From NCBI GenBank assembly GCA_965261395.1, contig OZ253462.1, positions 5,472,001-5,536,000 of the forward strand: a DNA stretch of 64,000 bases, read 5' to 3'. Positions 17,514 to 26,529 of this stretch are shown here, in pieces; within the stretch, counting starts at the first letter, position 1; the number at the start of each line of letters is the position of its first letter. Below the pieces are notes generated by a model. That model was not told the DNA's origin and ran no database searches. It saw only the letters and a program-made list of their open reading frames with translations. The stretch is from Candidatus Latescibacterota bacterium (lineage in GTDB: Bacteria; Latescibacterota; UBA2968; UBA8231). A program made the position numbers and the translations under genes.

Positions 17514-19352
17514 ATGAGAGCGTCCATTTTAGCGGTATGGGCCGCTATTGCCCTGTGGCCATGCGACAACTGGGGCTTGACCCTATACCGGATTGGCGGC
17601 CCCCCGCCCGCACAGACGGAAGGGGTGGACATCGTCCATCTGGCCTGGGAGGAAGCCTTTGCGGGTTTTGAGGGGCGGACCGAAGGCCTGCTGTTTGCGG
17701 GCGGCCAAGCGACACCCATTCTGGTCACGGCGGACGATAATTTGGCACTCACCGCCAAGGACCGAGGCGGCGGTCCCAAGAGCGCCCGCTTTGGCGTGGG
17801 CGGCTTTCTGGAAACAGAAAACGAAGTGAGTGCTGGAATCGCCGACGGCGATTCGACGACGGTGTTCAAAAACACCGATTCGGAGCACGTCGGCGCGCGC
17901 GTCGTACTCATTCTCGACTTGGGTGGGCGCTTCCCGGTCAACCGCGTGCGGTTCTATCCCTCGCCTCAATTCCCCTTGCGCTTTATCGAACAATTCATCC
18001 TCACGGCCTACGACGACGACCGCGACGAGGTCATCGTCTCAGAGACGGACAACCGCTCCAGCATCGTCGATCTCCTCTTTCCACCCCAAGCCGCCGACCG
18101 GCTGGTGCTGAGCATGGCTTTTCGCCAACGCGATTGGGAAGTCGCCGAATTCGAAGCGTACAGCGAAGGCTACGTCTTGGAGGGTTTCTACCAAACCCAG
18201 GTCTTCGACTTGGGTAGCCCCGCCACTGTAGGCGATCTGCGCTGGTCCGGCTTTAGGGAACGGGACGCCCGCGTCAAGATCCGCACGCGCAACGGCACCG
18301 CAGCCGACCCCAATCGCTACTGGCGCTTTACCGGCCGCGGCGGCGAGCAGACCTTTCGCGACGCGGCCGGCCAACCCCTCACGCGCGCGACCTACGACAA
18401 GCTGAAGGGCAATAAAGCCGACATTACCACGGACTTGGACCATTGGAACCCCTGGTCCGGGACCTACGATTTTGCCGACAGCACTGGCGCGCCCATTATC
18501 GCGCCGAGCGCCCGACAGTACCTGCAACTCCAGGTCCTGCTCTTGCCGAAGGGCTTCCAAGGCGCCGGACTCCACTTCGTCGAGTTCACCGCCTCGCAGC
18601 CGCCCATAGCCGACCAAGTGGTCGGCGAGATCTGGCCGGTAGAAGCCGAATCGGGTCAAGTGACGTCGTTTACCTATGCCTTCAAACCGGTCCTATCTCC
18701 GGCCAACAGCGGTTTCGACCAGTTAGTGCTGCAAACCTCGGGACGATTTGTCGGCATCGATTCCGTGCACGTCAACGGGGATGGGGTGGATTGGGCCGCC
18801 GACCTAGCACACCAGCGCTTGGTGCTGTCGCTGCCGCGCATGGACGCCACCGATAGTCAGAAGTTGGTCGAGGTATTCTTTCGCGCCGAGGTCTTTCACT
18901 TTGGCACGGCCTTTGAGGGCTGGGTGTTCGACTCGGAACGCCCCCTCGAAGTGGGTCAGCAGGTGCAGGGCGGGGACGCCACCTTTGCGCTAGACAGCAA
19001 CCAAGTCTGGGCCGGCATCCGGCTGCGCGGCCGCCTCGTGAGCGAGGTGCGAGCGCAGCCGCCCGTGGTCACGCCCAACGGGGATGGGGTCAACGACGCG
19101 GCCGGTATCGAGTACTCGCTGTTGGAATTGGTCGGGACCGGTCAAGTGGCGGTGGATATCTTCGACCTCGCGGGCCGTCTAGTCCGGCCGCTCTACAGAG
19201 GCCAGCAGCGCAGCGGCCGCCATGTGCACTTGTGGGACGGCCGCCGCGCCGACGGCCGCGCCGTAGCACCGGGGACGTATCTGTATCAGGTGCGGGTGGA
19301 TACGGACGAGGCGCGGGAAGAACACACCGGCGCAGTCAGTGTGGCGTATTGA
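17514..19352 (+). CDS. Secreted 'subfamily I' protein with C-terminal CTD/FlgD-Ig-like domain
   Basis: Start ATG 17514 with SD GGAG; NWG-LTLYRIGG; DPNRYWRFTGRG identical to 9830..11692; VTPNGDGVND, WDGRRADG..APGTY; ends VSVAY. Confidence 0.8.
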   Translation: MRASILAVWAAIALWPCDNWGLTLYRIGGPPPAQTEGVDIVHLAWEEAFAGFEGRTEGLLFAGGQATPILVTADDNLALTAKDRGGGPKSARFGVGGFLETENEVSAGIADGDSTTVFKNTDSEHVGARVVLILDLGGRFPVNRVRFYPSPQFPLRFIEQFILTAYDDDRDEVIVSETDNRSSIVDLLFPPQAADRLVLSMAFRQRDWEVAEFEAYSEGYVLEGFYQTQVFDLGSPATVGDLRWSGFRERDARVKIRTRNGTAADPNRYWRFTGRGGEQTFRDAAGQPLTRATYDKLKGNKADITTDLDHWNPWSGTYDFADSTGAPIIAPSARQYLQLQVLLLPKGFQGAGLHFVEFTASQPPIADQVVGEIWPVEAESGQVTSFTYAFKPVLSPANSGFDQLVLQTSGRFVGIDSVHVNGDGVDWAADLAHQRLVLSLPRMDATDSQKLVEVFFRAEVFHFGTAFEGWVFDSERPLEVGQQVQGGDATFALDSNQVWAGIRLRGRLVSEVRAQPPVVTPNGDGVNDAAGIEYSLLELVGTGQVAVDIFDLAGRLVRPLYRGQQRSGRHVHLWDGRRADGRAVAPGTYLYQVRVDTDEAREEHTGAVSVAY

Positions 19353-19373
19353 ATGAGCGGGGCCGCTTGGCGC

Positions 19374-21350
19374 TCACCATATCAACACGAAATTGCCCTG
19401 CTTCCCGGTGATAAAATCAATCACCAGCCAGGTGCCGGCCACGACAAAGGCACCCAAGATCATGCCGACAAAAAAGTACCGGGTCTGACGGTACAAAACG
19501 CCGCCGCCGTACTTGAGCACCAAGCCCTTTATCGCCCAAGCCAAAAAGACGTTGAACCACATCACTCCCGAGGTGAAGACCGTCCCGGTCATGGCCAAGC
19601 CCAGCGGATGAATGGGCCACCACATGACCCGCTGGTGTACCCCGATCAGCAGCCACATCAGCCCAGCGCCCACGCCCGTAAACAGCCAGCCGCCTAGATC
19701 CGTAGTCGAGGGACTGCTCATCATCATCGAGATATAGGAGAGGGGAACGGAGGAAGAGGTGAACCAGAACCAGCCATTGAGATTGATCCCGCCGTGCCGA
19801 TAGGACAGGTACAGCACAATCCAGAACGCGCCCGCCAAAGTAACCACCAAGGCCAGCACCATGCCCCAGAAAAAGGCCCGCTTTCTCCCCCGCACCACCT
19901 CGTGGATCATCTTCAGGCTATTGGTGCAGGCAGCCATGGGGAAGGTGACGATATCCGCAGTCCACGGATAGGTGTAAGCCAGTCCGGTCAAGCCCTTCGG
20001 CCCGAGGAAGGAGGAGCCCATGCTAGCCATGACAAAATCGGGCGCGATCAGCGGCGCCCGCACCAGCGCCACCCCAGCCTCGGCGACAATCCGCGACAAG
20101 GCGATGAAAATCAGCATCGCCACCGCGACTAAGAGCAATACCGCCACCAAGGGAATGCCCAAGGCCTCGAGCCACACTACCATGACGGCCAACCCCACCA
20201 GCACCGTCCACAAGGCCGCCCGGTACGACATAATCTCGTCGCCATCGTCGCCACCGCCGCGGCTGAAAGCCCGGCGCGCCACCGCCAGCAAGTGGAAGCG
20301 CGCCTTCCACAAAGTATATAGCGCGAATACCAGCATGGCCCCCAGAGCCTGATGGGTCAGATAGGGGGAACTAGGATTGCTAAACCAGCCCAGTTTTTCC
20401 GTACTGTGGACGCCGAGAATATTGAAACAGCCTTGCTCGACCAAGGCCAGCAAATAGAAAAACCAGATTCCCAAGGCTAGGTTGCGGTTGATGAAATAGG
20501 AAAACCCCACCAGCGAAAAAGAAAACTCAAAGGGCAGATTGATGGTATCGCGAAACAAGTACATGCTGGACCTAAAGTACAGCGACGGCCATTGCGGATA
20601 GTAATTGTGCAGGGCATTGCAGCAGCCCACTAGGACGGGCAAGGCAAACCCGATCCACATCTGCGGCTGGCGGAAGACCGCGCTCACCAAGGCCGTCCCT
20701 TCGCGTCCGTTGATCATCTCAATGGGAACCTGCATCATCGGATAGAGCAGGCGTTCCCCTTCCATCCACGGCCGGCGCAAAAGCACCATCAGGCCAATCG
20801 ACACTAGATAGAGGGCGATGAGGAAAACAGACCAATAGCCCAACGCCTCCAGCCAGCCTTCCCAAGGCACCGGCATCCCCTTGGGCAGGCCCTCGTAGAA
20901 ATCTTGGATCAGTTGCTCATTGCTGGGGGCAATCCAAGGGGGGACATAGGGCTGGATCAGTTCACCCCAATTGTTTTCGGGGGTGGCGTAATAGAAGACC
21001 CCCGTGATCATGGGCAGCAAGTGTTCGACCAAGCCAAAGGTGGGAATCGAGGCCGACACCATCATCATGGCGTAGATCAGCACCAACTCTTCCCGCCTCA
21101 GCGCCAAATTGCGGGCCAAGGTTCCCACCAGGATATTGCCCAACACTAGATAGAAGAACAGGAAGAGAGCGACGGGATTGCTGAAGCACCAGGCCATGAA
21201 GGTGCCCTGGATGATGGCGTTGGCGTAGATGGTGCCGACGCCAATGAGCAGGCACAACAGGGACCCCAACAAAAAGGCCCGGATTGAAAGGGGCTGGCTC
21301 TCCTCGACAGGAGTAGCCCCCAAGTTCTGGCTAATAAAGGTCAAAGCCAT
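19374..21350 (-). CDS. Large polytopic membrane protein, DUF6785/DUF6784-like (putative transporter)
   Basis: Many hydrophobic segments; PENNW, ERLLYP, WWPIHPLG, KGLVLKYGG and FFVGMILG are typical of this family. Start probably ATG 21350 (SD GGGAG); alternative 21407. Confidence 0.7.
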   Translation of the reverse strand: MALTFISQNLGATPVEESQPLSIRAFLLGSLLCLLIGVGTIYANAIIQGTFMAWCFSNPVALFLFFYLVLGNILVGTLARNLALRREELVLIYAMMMVSASIPTFGLVEHLLPMITGVFYYATPENNWGELIQPYVPPWIAPSNEQLIQDFYEGLPKGMPVPWEGWLEALGYWSVFLIALYLVSIGLMVLLRRPWMEGERLLYPMMQVPIEMINGREGTALVSAVFRQPQMWIGFALPVLVGCCNALHNYYPQWPSLYFRSSMYLFRDTINLPFEFSFSLVGFSYFINRNLALGIWFFYLLALVEQGCFNILGVHSTEKLGWFSNPSSPYLTHQALGAMLVFALYTLWKARFHLLAVARRAFSRGGGDDGDEIMSYRAALWTVLVGLAVMVVWLEALGIPLVAVLLLVAVAMLIFIALSRIVAEAGVALVRAPLIAPDFVMASMGSSFLGPKGLTGLAYTYPWTADIVTFPMAACTNSLKMIHEVVRGRKRAFFWGMVLALVVTLAGAFWIVLYLSYRHGGINLNGWFWFTSSSVPLSYISMMMSSPSTTDLGGWLFTGVGAGLMWLLIGVHQRVMWWPIHPLGLAMTGTVFTSGVMWFNVFLAWAIKGLVLKYGGGVLYRQTRYFFVGMILGAFVVAGTWLVIDFITGKQGNFVLIW

Positions 21351-21409
21351 TCGCTCCCACCTCGCCCGTCGGGCACCCGACTCGCTATGGGGGCCTCTAG
21401 GAGCCATTG

Positions 21410-22240
21410 CTAGCAGAAAGCCCGATACGCTTCCACCAGCTTGGTCGCCCCCTCCAAAATCAGGTTGCGCTCGTCCTCGGCCTCAAAGAACAGGGGCCCC
21501 TGTTCCACCCAGCGCCGGGCCGCCTCTGGCCCCGAAGCTGTGGTGCCGAACGGGATCCCGTGCTTTTTGCACAATTGTAGGATCTCTTCCATTGGGCCAC
21601 GCACATCCGGGTGGTCCGGCTGCCCCGGCTGCCCCATTTCCACGGAAAAATCGCCCGGTCCGACATAGACCATGTCCACCCCCGGCGTCGAGACGATCTC
21701 CTCGGCTCGCTCGTAGGCCCGTCGCGTCTCTAGGTGCACCACGAGGGATATCTCCTCGTCCTGTGCTGCCATCCACGCTCGGTGGTCCGCGACTTTGCAA
21801 TAGTCGCTGTTGCCGTACCCCGGCGCGGCGGCCCGGGTGCCCAAGGGCGGGAACTTGAGATAGCTGCGCAAGGTCTCGATGTCTGCCCGCGATTCCGTGC
21901 GCGGAAGCTGTAGCCCCACCACGCCGCACTCCAACAGCTTGGCCACCGCGGCCCGTTCTAATTGCGGGGTTTTGGCGATGACCGGCAGGCCGTTGTCTCG
22001 TGCAGCTTGCACGGTATCGGCTAGCGCGGTCAGATCGAAATAGCCGTGCTCAAATTCGATGTAGATAAAATCGCAGCCGGCCTGCTGGAAACACTTGACC
22101 AGCGACGGCCGCACGTACTCGGCAATCATGCCACCCACCAATACCTCCCCGGCTCGTAAACGGGCCTTGAGCTGGCGTCCGGGGCCTCCTTCGGGATAGA
22201 GGTAGCTATTGAGCGGTTTGTCGGCGACAGGTTTGGGCAT
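21410..22240 (-). CDS. HpcH/HpaI aldolase/citrate lyase family protein
   Basis: FIYIEFEHG, LKFPPLGTR, HLET, VYVGPGDFS. Confidence 0.9.
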   Translation of the reverse strand: MPKPVADKPLNSYLYPEGGPGRQLKARLRAGEVLVGGMIAEYVRPSLVKCFQQAGCDFIYIEFEHGYFDLTALADTVQAARDNGLPVIAKTPQLERAAVAKLLECGVVGLQLPRTESRADIETLRSYLKFPPLGTRAAAPGYGNSDYCKVADHRAWMAAQDEEISLVVHLETRRAYERAEEIVSTPGVDMVYVGPGDFSVEMGQPGQPDHPDVRGPMEEILQLCKKHGIPFGTTASGPEAARRWVEQGPLFFEAEDERNLILEGATKLVEAYRAFC

Positions 22241-22286
22241 AGTCTATTTTCTCTTTCTCCAATAGATCATCGCGGTTACGGTGTCT

Positions 22287-23099
22287 TCAAACCGAGCGGT
22301 TGTCCAGCGCATAGGCGCGGTTGTCGCCGCCTATTTGCCAAGTGCCACGGAACAATGAGCGGCGCTTAGGTGGCATGGCCTCGATGATCTCGTGGCTGAG
22401 GTTGAGCCGGTGCCATTGGGCCCACAGGGAATTATAGCAATTGAAGACGGCGCAGCGCGGATTGTCCGAGTTGAGCCAATCGTTGGCCGCGTGTAGCAGG
22501 CTTTCGGTGAAGACAATGGCCGAGCCAGGCGGGCAGCTATATTGGGCCATGGCCGCCCGCATGGGTTCCTCCCAAGGCGATTCGCCTATATTGGGCCGGT
22601 TGAGGTCGGGGCCACCGTAGTTGAAATGGGCCTTGTGCGAACCGGAGAGAAACGTGGTGCCCCCCTGGCCGGCTTTCACTTCTTCAAGCTCCCACACCAC
22701 CCGCGTCAGCCCGGAAAATATCTTGTTGCCTGCCACTTGGTAGCGCATGGCATTGGCCTGTTGCGGCGGCCGCACCACATGCGGCAGGCCGGTGCCCTTG
22801 TCGCTTTTCCAGCCAGCGTGTCGCACCGTAATAAAGGAATTTTCGCAGCGGAAGCTGTAGTAATCCTCTCCGAGGTACGGCTCTTCGGCGAGGATCTCGG
22901 TGAGGATGCCGGCCACCGCCGGATGGTCCAACAGCTCCTGCAAGGCACCTTGGTAGCCTTGTTTGGCACCGTCGTACACTTCGGCCTTCATCGCTTCGAT
23001 TTCCGCCTCAGACAGCACCGAGGGCAACAAGATCCAGCCTTGCAGGTCGAAAAAAAACTTCTGCTCTTCGGTCATGGGCACGGCACTATGCTCGCTCAT
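22287..23099 (-). CDS. Phytanoyl-CoA dioxygenase (PhyH)-family Fe(II)/2-oxoglutarate enzyme
   Basis: FFDLQGW, GGTTFLSGSHK, PGSAIVFTESLLH, NPRCAVFNCY; SD AGGAG. Confidence 0.85.
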   Translation of the reverse strand: MSEHSAVPMTEEQKFFFDLQGWILLPSVLSEAEIEAMKAEVYDGAKQGYQGALQELLDHPAVAGILTEILAEEPYLGEDYYSFRCENSFITVRHAGWKSDKGTGLPHVVRPPQQANAMRYQVAGNKIFSGLTRVVWELEEVKAGQGGTTFLSGSHKAHFNYGGPDLNRPNIGESPWEEPMRAAMAQYSCPPGSAIVFTESLLHAANDWLNSDNPRCAVFNCYNSLWAQWHRLNLSHEIIEAMPPKRRSLFRGTWQIGGDNRAYALDNRSV

Positions 23100-23133
23100 G
23101 GCGTTCTCCTTGTCGATTCTGCAAACGAACGGT

Positions 23134-23595
23134 TTAGATCAACTCGGCGTCGCAGCGGGGACACCGCTCCCACGCGGGCGATTCCACCGGCTTGTCGCAA
23201 TCTGGGCACAAGCCGAGGGGATGCTCGTCCTCGCGGCAGCGACGGCCGTCTTTGTAGGTAATGCGACGCCAGACCGTCTCGCCATCGGTGGCGTAAAAAG
23301 TCCAAGTCCCCGTTTTGCGCCCATCCGTGCTTTTGCCTCGGTATTCGTTGAATTGCCCGGTCTGTTTCCGTTTGCCGTTTTCATAGTACGCCACGTGGTC
23401 GCCGGTGAGCTGATTTTCTCGGTAGTGATTAATACTAGCGGGCTTACCGTTTCTGTGGTACTCCACCCATTTGCCCGTCTTTTTGCCCCTGTCGAAAGCG
23501 CCTTCGCGCCGCTTGCCGCCGTCGGCATAGTACAGCACCCAAGGGCCGTGTTTTTTGCCGTCTTTGTACTCGACGTCTTCGAGATGGCTGGCCAT
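23134..23595 (-). CDS. MORN-variant repeat (YwqK-like) protein with C-terminal zinc ribbon
   Basis: Repeats GKKHGPWVLYY / GKKTGKWVEYH / GRKTGTWTFY; C-terminal CPDC...CPRC. Confidence 0.75.
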   Translation of the reverse strand: MASHLEDVEYKDGKKHGPWVLYYADGGKRREGAFDRGKKTGKWVEYHRNGKPASINHYRENQLTGDHVAYYENGKRKQTGQFNEYRGKSTDGRKTGTWTFYATDGETVWRRITYKDGRRCREDEHPLGLCPDCDKPVESPAWERCPRCDAELI

Positions 23596-23783
23596 GATTT
23601 TCTCAGCATTAATTCGCCAGTGCGTTTACCGGGTGGCCTTCAGCGTCCAACTGGTGTGCAACACAGCATAGGGTAGCTGTACGCAGCATAACAGGTTTCA
23701 TTTCTATATGGGGAACGGTATAGGTACAATCTACATCCCCCACCTTCAGGATCAAAGAATTTCCATCGCCGGCGTCGGATTTC

Positions 23784-25343
23784 TCAAATAACGGCGCATT
23801 CATAAGGCCCCAAGTCTGGATCGGTGTTGTGCATGCCGCGATAAGTGCTCTTGCCGCGCAGGTAGCGCACCTCCAGTTCCACATCCCGCACATAGATGAG
23901 CGGCGTAGCCTCTGGATCGCGCTCGTGCAAGGTGACCTCCACGACGTTGGTTCCCTGCACCGGCCAGTGGGCCTCGTCCAGCCGGAAGACAAACCAGTAA
24001 CTCGAATGCGAGCGGTAGCGCGGCGCAGTCATCTGATAGATGTGGTCGATCTTGCGCGTAATATGCGCTGGCAACTCGTCGCCGTTCAGCTTGAAGCTGA
24101 GGCGGTCGCGGTCGGTAGCGCGCATCAGCCGTATCCGCAAAATCACCTCGTGAACCCGGCCCGCCGCTCCCCAACGCGGCAAATCGTCGCTGATCGGCAG
24201 CTCTAGTGCTACAGGGTGCTCTAGCGACAGCGAGGCCGGTAGCTGCATGACGAGTCCCGGGTCGGTCGTCGGCTGTGCGGCTGAACGCCCCGTGGGCGTG
24301 GGGATCGCGTAGATTTTGTCTTTGACCGCCATCACGTCCGGGTGCGGCAATTCGCGGAGCTGTTCGTAGAAGGACGGGCCGTACGGCCAACTGCCGGCCC
24401 AGTGGATCAAGTTCAGCCCATCGACGCCCTGTGCCCAGTAGTTGGTCGCCGCGGCGCGCACCATGGCGATGGGAGCCGCACCCAGCCGGTCCGAATCCAC
24501 GTTGTTGTGGATGACTCCGTGTACCCGACACTCCGCGTCTTGGGTCGCTGCAATCAAAGGCCGGAAATCCGCGGTCGCGTCAATCAGGGACATGGACGCG
24601 AAGTTCTCCGCCACCAAAACATCGGCAATCCCCTCGCGAATCCACGTTTCGGGGTCCAGACCAATGGACCGACAACCGGCGATGCTAGTGGGGATGCGCA
24701 GAGCCAGCTCGCGGTCCGGGCTGCTTTGCTTGACGGCCTCGTGGACGCGTTGGAGCCAATCGGTGAAGATCCCCCGGCCGCGCTCCACATCGTCCGGGTG
24801 AAAGAAGGCCCCGCCGGCGTAGTGATTGAGGTTGAGTTCAAAGCCATCCACCGGATAGTTTTGCAGGGTTTCCTCAATCAGGGCAAAGCGCATTTCGCGG
24901 ACCTCAGGTCGCGCAAAATCGGCTAAAAGGGTATCGCCGATCCGCAAGCTCTCGCCTAAGTCGGCCTGCACCTGGAGCGAAGGGTAGATCAGCAGCCCCT
25001 TGGCCCGTGCGCGGTCACAGACGATGCGCAGCAAATCGCGGCCCTCGGCGATGAGCTGTTGGGCATTGCGATAGGCGCGCTGGAAGACGAGGTGCTCCCA
25101 GTGGTGGTCGCCCTCTGGCCGAAATTGAGCAGTGGCCGCCGCCTCTGGGCCCCAGTGATCGGCCACTTGGGTGTCGTGCAAAAAGGCATTGCCAAAGCCG
25201 AGGTTGAAGACCAATGCCTCAATCGGCGTCCCCAACAGTTCATCGACCGCAGCTTCGCACCCCTCTTGCGCGACGGGTGGCTCGCACATGTAGAGCAAGG
25301 TGTGGCGCGAGTCGTTTTCAAACATCAGACGGGGTTTGGGCAT
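23784..25343 (-). CDS. GH10-like/GHL10 TIM-barrel putative glycoside hydrolase
   Basis: FENDSR, DFARPEVR, YPVDGFELN, GVDGL; SD GGAGG; no signal peptide. Confidence 0.65.
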   Translation of the reverse strand: MPKPRLMFENDSRHTLLYMCEPPVAQEGCEAAVDELLGTPIEALVFNLGFGNAFLHDTQVADHWGPEAAATAQFRPEGDHHWEHLVFQRAYRNAQQLIAEGRDLLRIVCDRARAKGLLIYPSLQVQADLGESLRIGDTLLADFARPEVREMRFALIEETLQNYPVDGFELNLNHYAGGAFFHPDDVERGRGIFTDWLQRVHEAVKQSSPDRELALRIPTSIAGCRSIGLDPETWIREGIADVLVAENFASMSLIDATADFRPLIAATQDAECRVHGVIHNNVDSDRLGAAPIAMVRAAATNYWAQGVDGLNLIHWAGSWPYGPSFYEQLRELPHPDVMAVKDKIYAIPTPTGRSAAQPTTDPGLVMQLPASLSLEHPVALELPISDDLPRWGAAGRVHEVILRIRLMRATDRDRLSFKLNGDELPAHITRKIDHIYQMTAPRYRSHSSYWFVFRLDEAHWPVQGTNVVEVTLHERDPEATPLIYVRDVELEVRYLRGKSTYRGMHNTDPDLGPYECAVI

Positions 25344-25431
25344 GAGTGCGTCCTCCGCGTATTAAAAATTTGGTCCGAAAAACCTAAACCCGTATTATTC
25401 CCCCGGTCAATCACCCCACCTAGGAATCCCC

Positions 25432-26520
25432 ATGATCGAACTCCTCGCCACCGGCCTCATCTACCGCGATTCCACGCTCCACGCCTGGCACCCCACCCTA
25501 GCGCTGTTGCCCAACGGCGACCTCTTGGCCGCCTACGATTTGGGCGAGACCATCGGTGCGCTTGATTATTGCACCTATCTTGCGCGCTCGACCGATGGCA
25601 GCCGATCGTGGAGCGAGCCGGTGGCCTTTTTCGCCGATCCTGTTGCCGCAACCGCCCGCCGCACTGTCCGCATCAGCACCCTAACCGACGGAACCTTGAT
25701 CGGCGCGGGACGGCGCAGCTATTGCCATCACCCTGAGACCAGCGGCTGGAATCCCCAGACGTACGGCGTAGAGCAAGGCGACTGGTTCGTGCTCCGCAGC
25801 CGCGACGGGACCCACTGGCGCGGGCCGCAGGAGATCGAGCCGCCGCTAGTTGGCCCCTACGAGGTCTGCCACGCTTTTGTCGAGACCGGCGACGGCCGGC
25901 TGCTCCTGCCCACGGGCCTGTTGCGAACTTGGGAAGGGGATGCGCCCGACGGACTCAAGGCCCTAGCGTTGGTCTCTGGCGACCAAGGCCAGACTTGGCC
26001 CGAATATATCGAGCTATTCGCCGATCCCCAAGGCGAGGTGATTTACCACGAGGTCAGTCTGGTGGAATTGGAGGGCGGGCGGCTCCTCGCGGTGGCGTGG
26101 CCCTTTAACTCGGTGGTAGGTCAGACCCTGATGAAGGTGCCCTACGCGATAGCGCCAGACGGCAGGACGTTCAGCGTCCGCGGCTCGACCGGGATCGCCG
26201 GTGAGACGACCAAGTTGCTGCACTTGGGCAGCGACCGGGTCTTGTGCCTGATGCGCCGCACCGACGCGGCTGGCCTGTGGGCGGTGCTCGCCCAGATACA
26301 AGGCGACGAGTGGGTTCACCTCGCAGAAGTCCCCCTGTGGCAGGGCGCGGCGTCGCGGATGCAGGGTGAGCGAGACGCAGCTACCGAGCTGGCCGAACTG
26401 CACTTTGGCTTTCCGAACCTCTTGCGTCTGCCCGATGGCGACGTGCTGGCGGCCTTCTGGTGCCGCGAGGACCACATTCACAACATCCGCTGGCTGCGGA
26501 TTAGCGTAGCGGACCACTAG
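25432..26520 (+). CDS. BNR/Asp-box sialidase-like beta-propeller
   Basis: Asp-boxes STDGSRSW, SRDGTHW, SGDQGQTW, APDGRTF; C-terminal FGFPNLLRLPDG. Confidence 0.8.
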   Translation: MIELLATGLIYRDSTLHAWHPTLALLPNGDLLAAYDLGETIGALDYCTYLARSTDGSRSWSEPVAFFADPVAATARRTVRISTLTDGTLIGAGRRSYCHHPETSGWNPQTYGVEQGDWFVLRSRDGTHWRGPQEIEPPLVGPYEVCHAFVETGDGRLLLPTGLLRTWEGDAPDGLKALALVSGDQGQTWPEYIELFADPQGEVIYHEVSLVELEGGRLLAVAWPFNSVVGQTLMKVPYAIAPDGRTFSVRGSTGIAGETTKLLHLGSDRVLCLMRRTDAAGLWAVLAQIQGDEWVHLAEVPLWQGAASRMQGERDAATELAELHFGFPNLLRLPDGDVLAAFWCREDHIHNIRWLRISVADH

Positions 26521-26529
26521 GAGACCACC

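Noticed and set aside
23134-23595. Toxin-antitoxin module
   Set aside because: YwqK-like repeats are present but there is no neighbouring toxin gene.
23609-23992. 127-aa minus-strand ORF bridging the GH10-like and MORN genes
   Set aside because: Over half overlaps the GH10-like gene in another frame; no SD or motif support.
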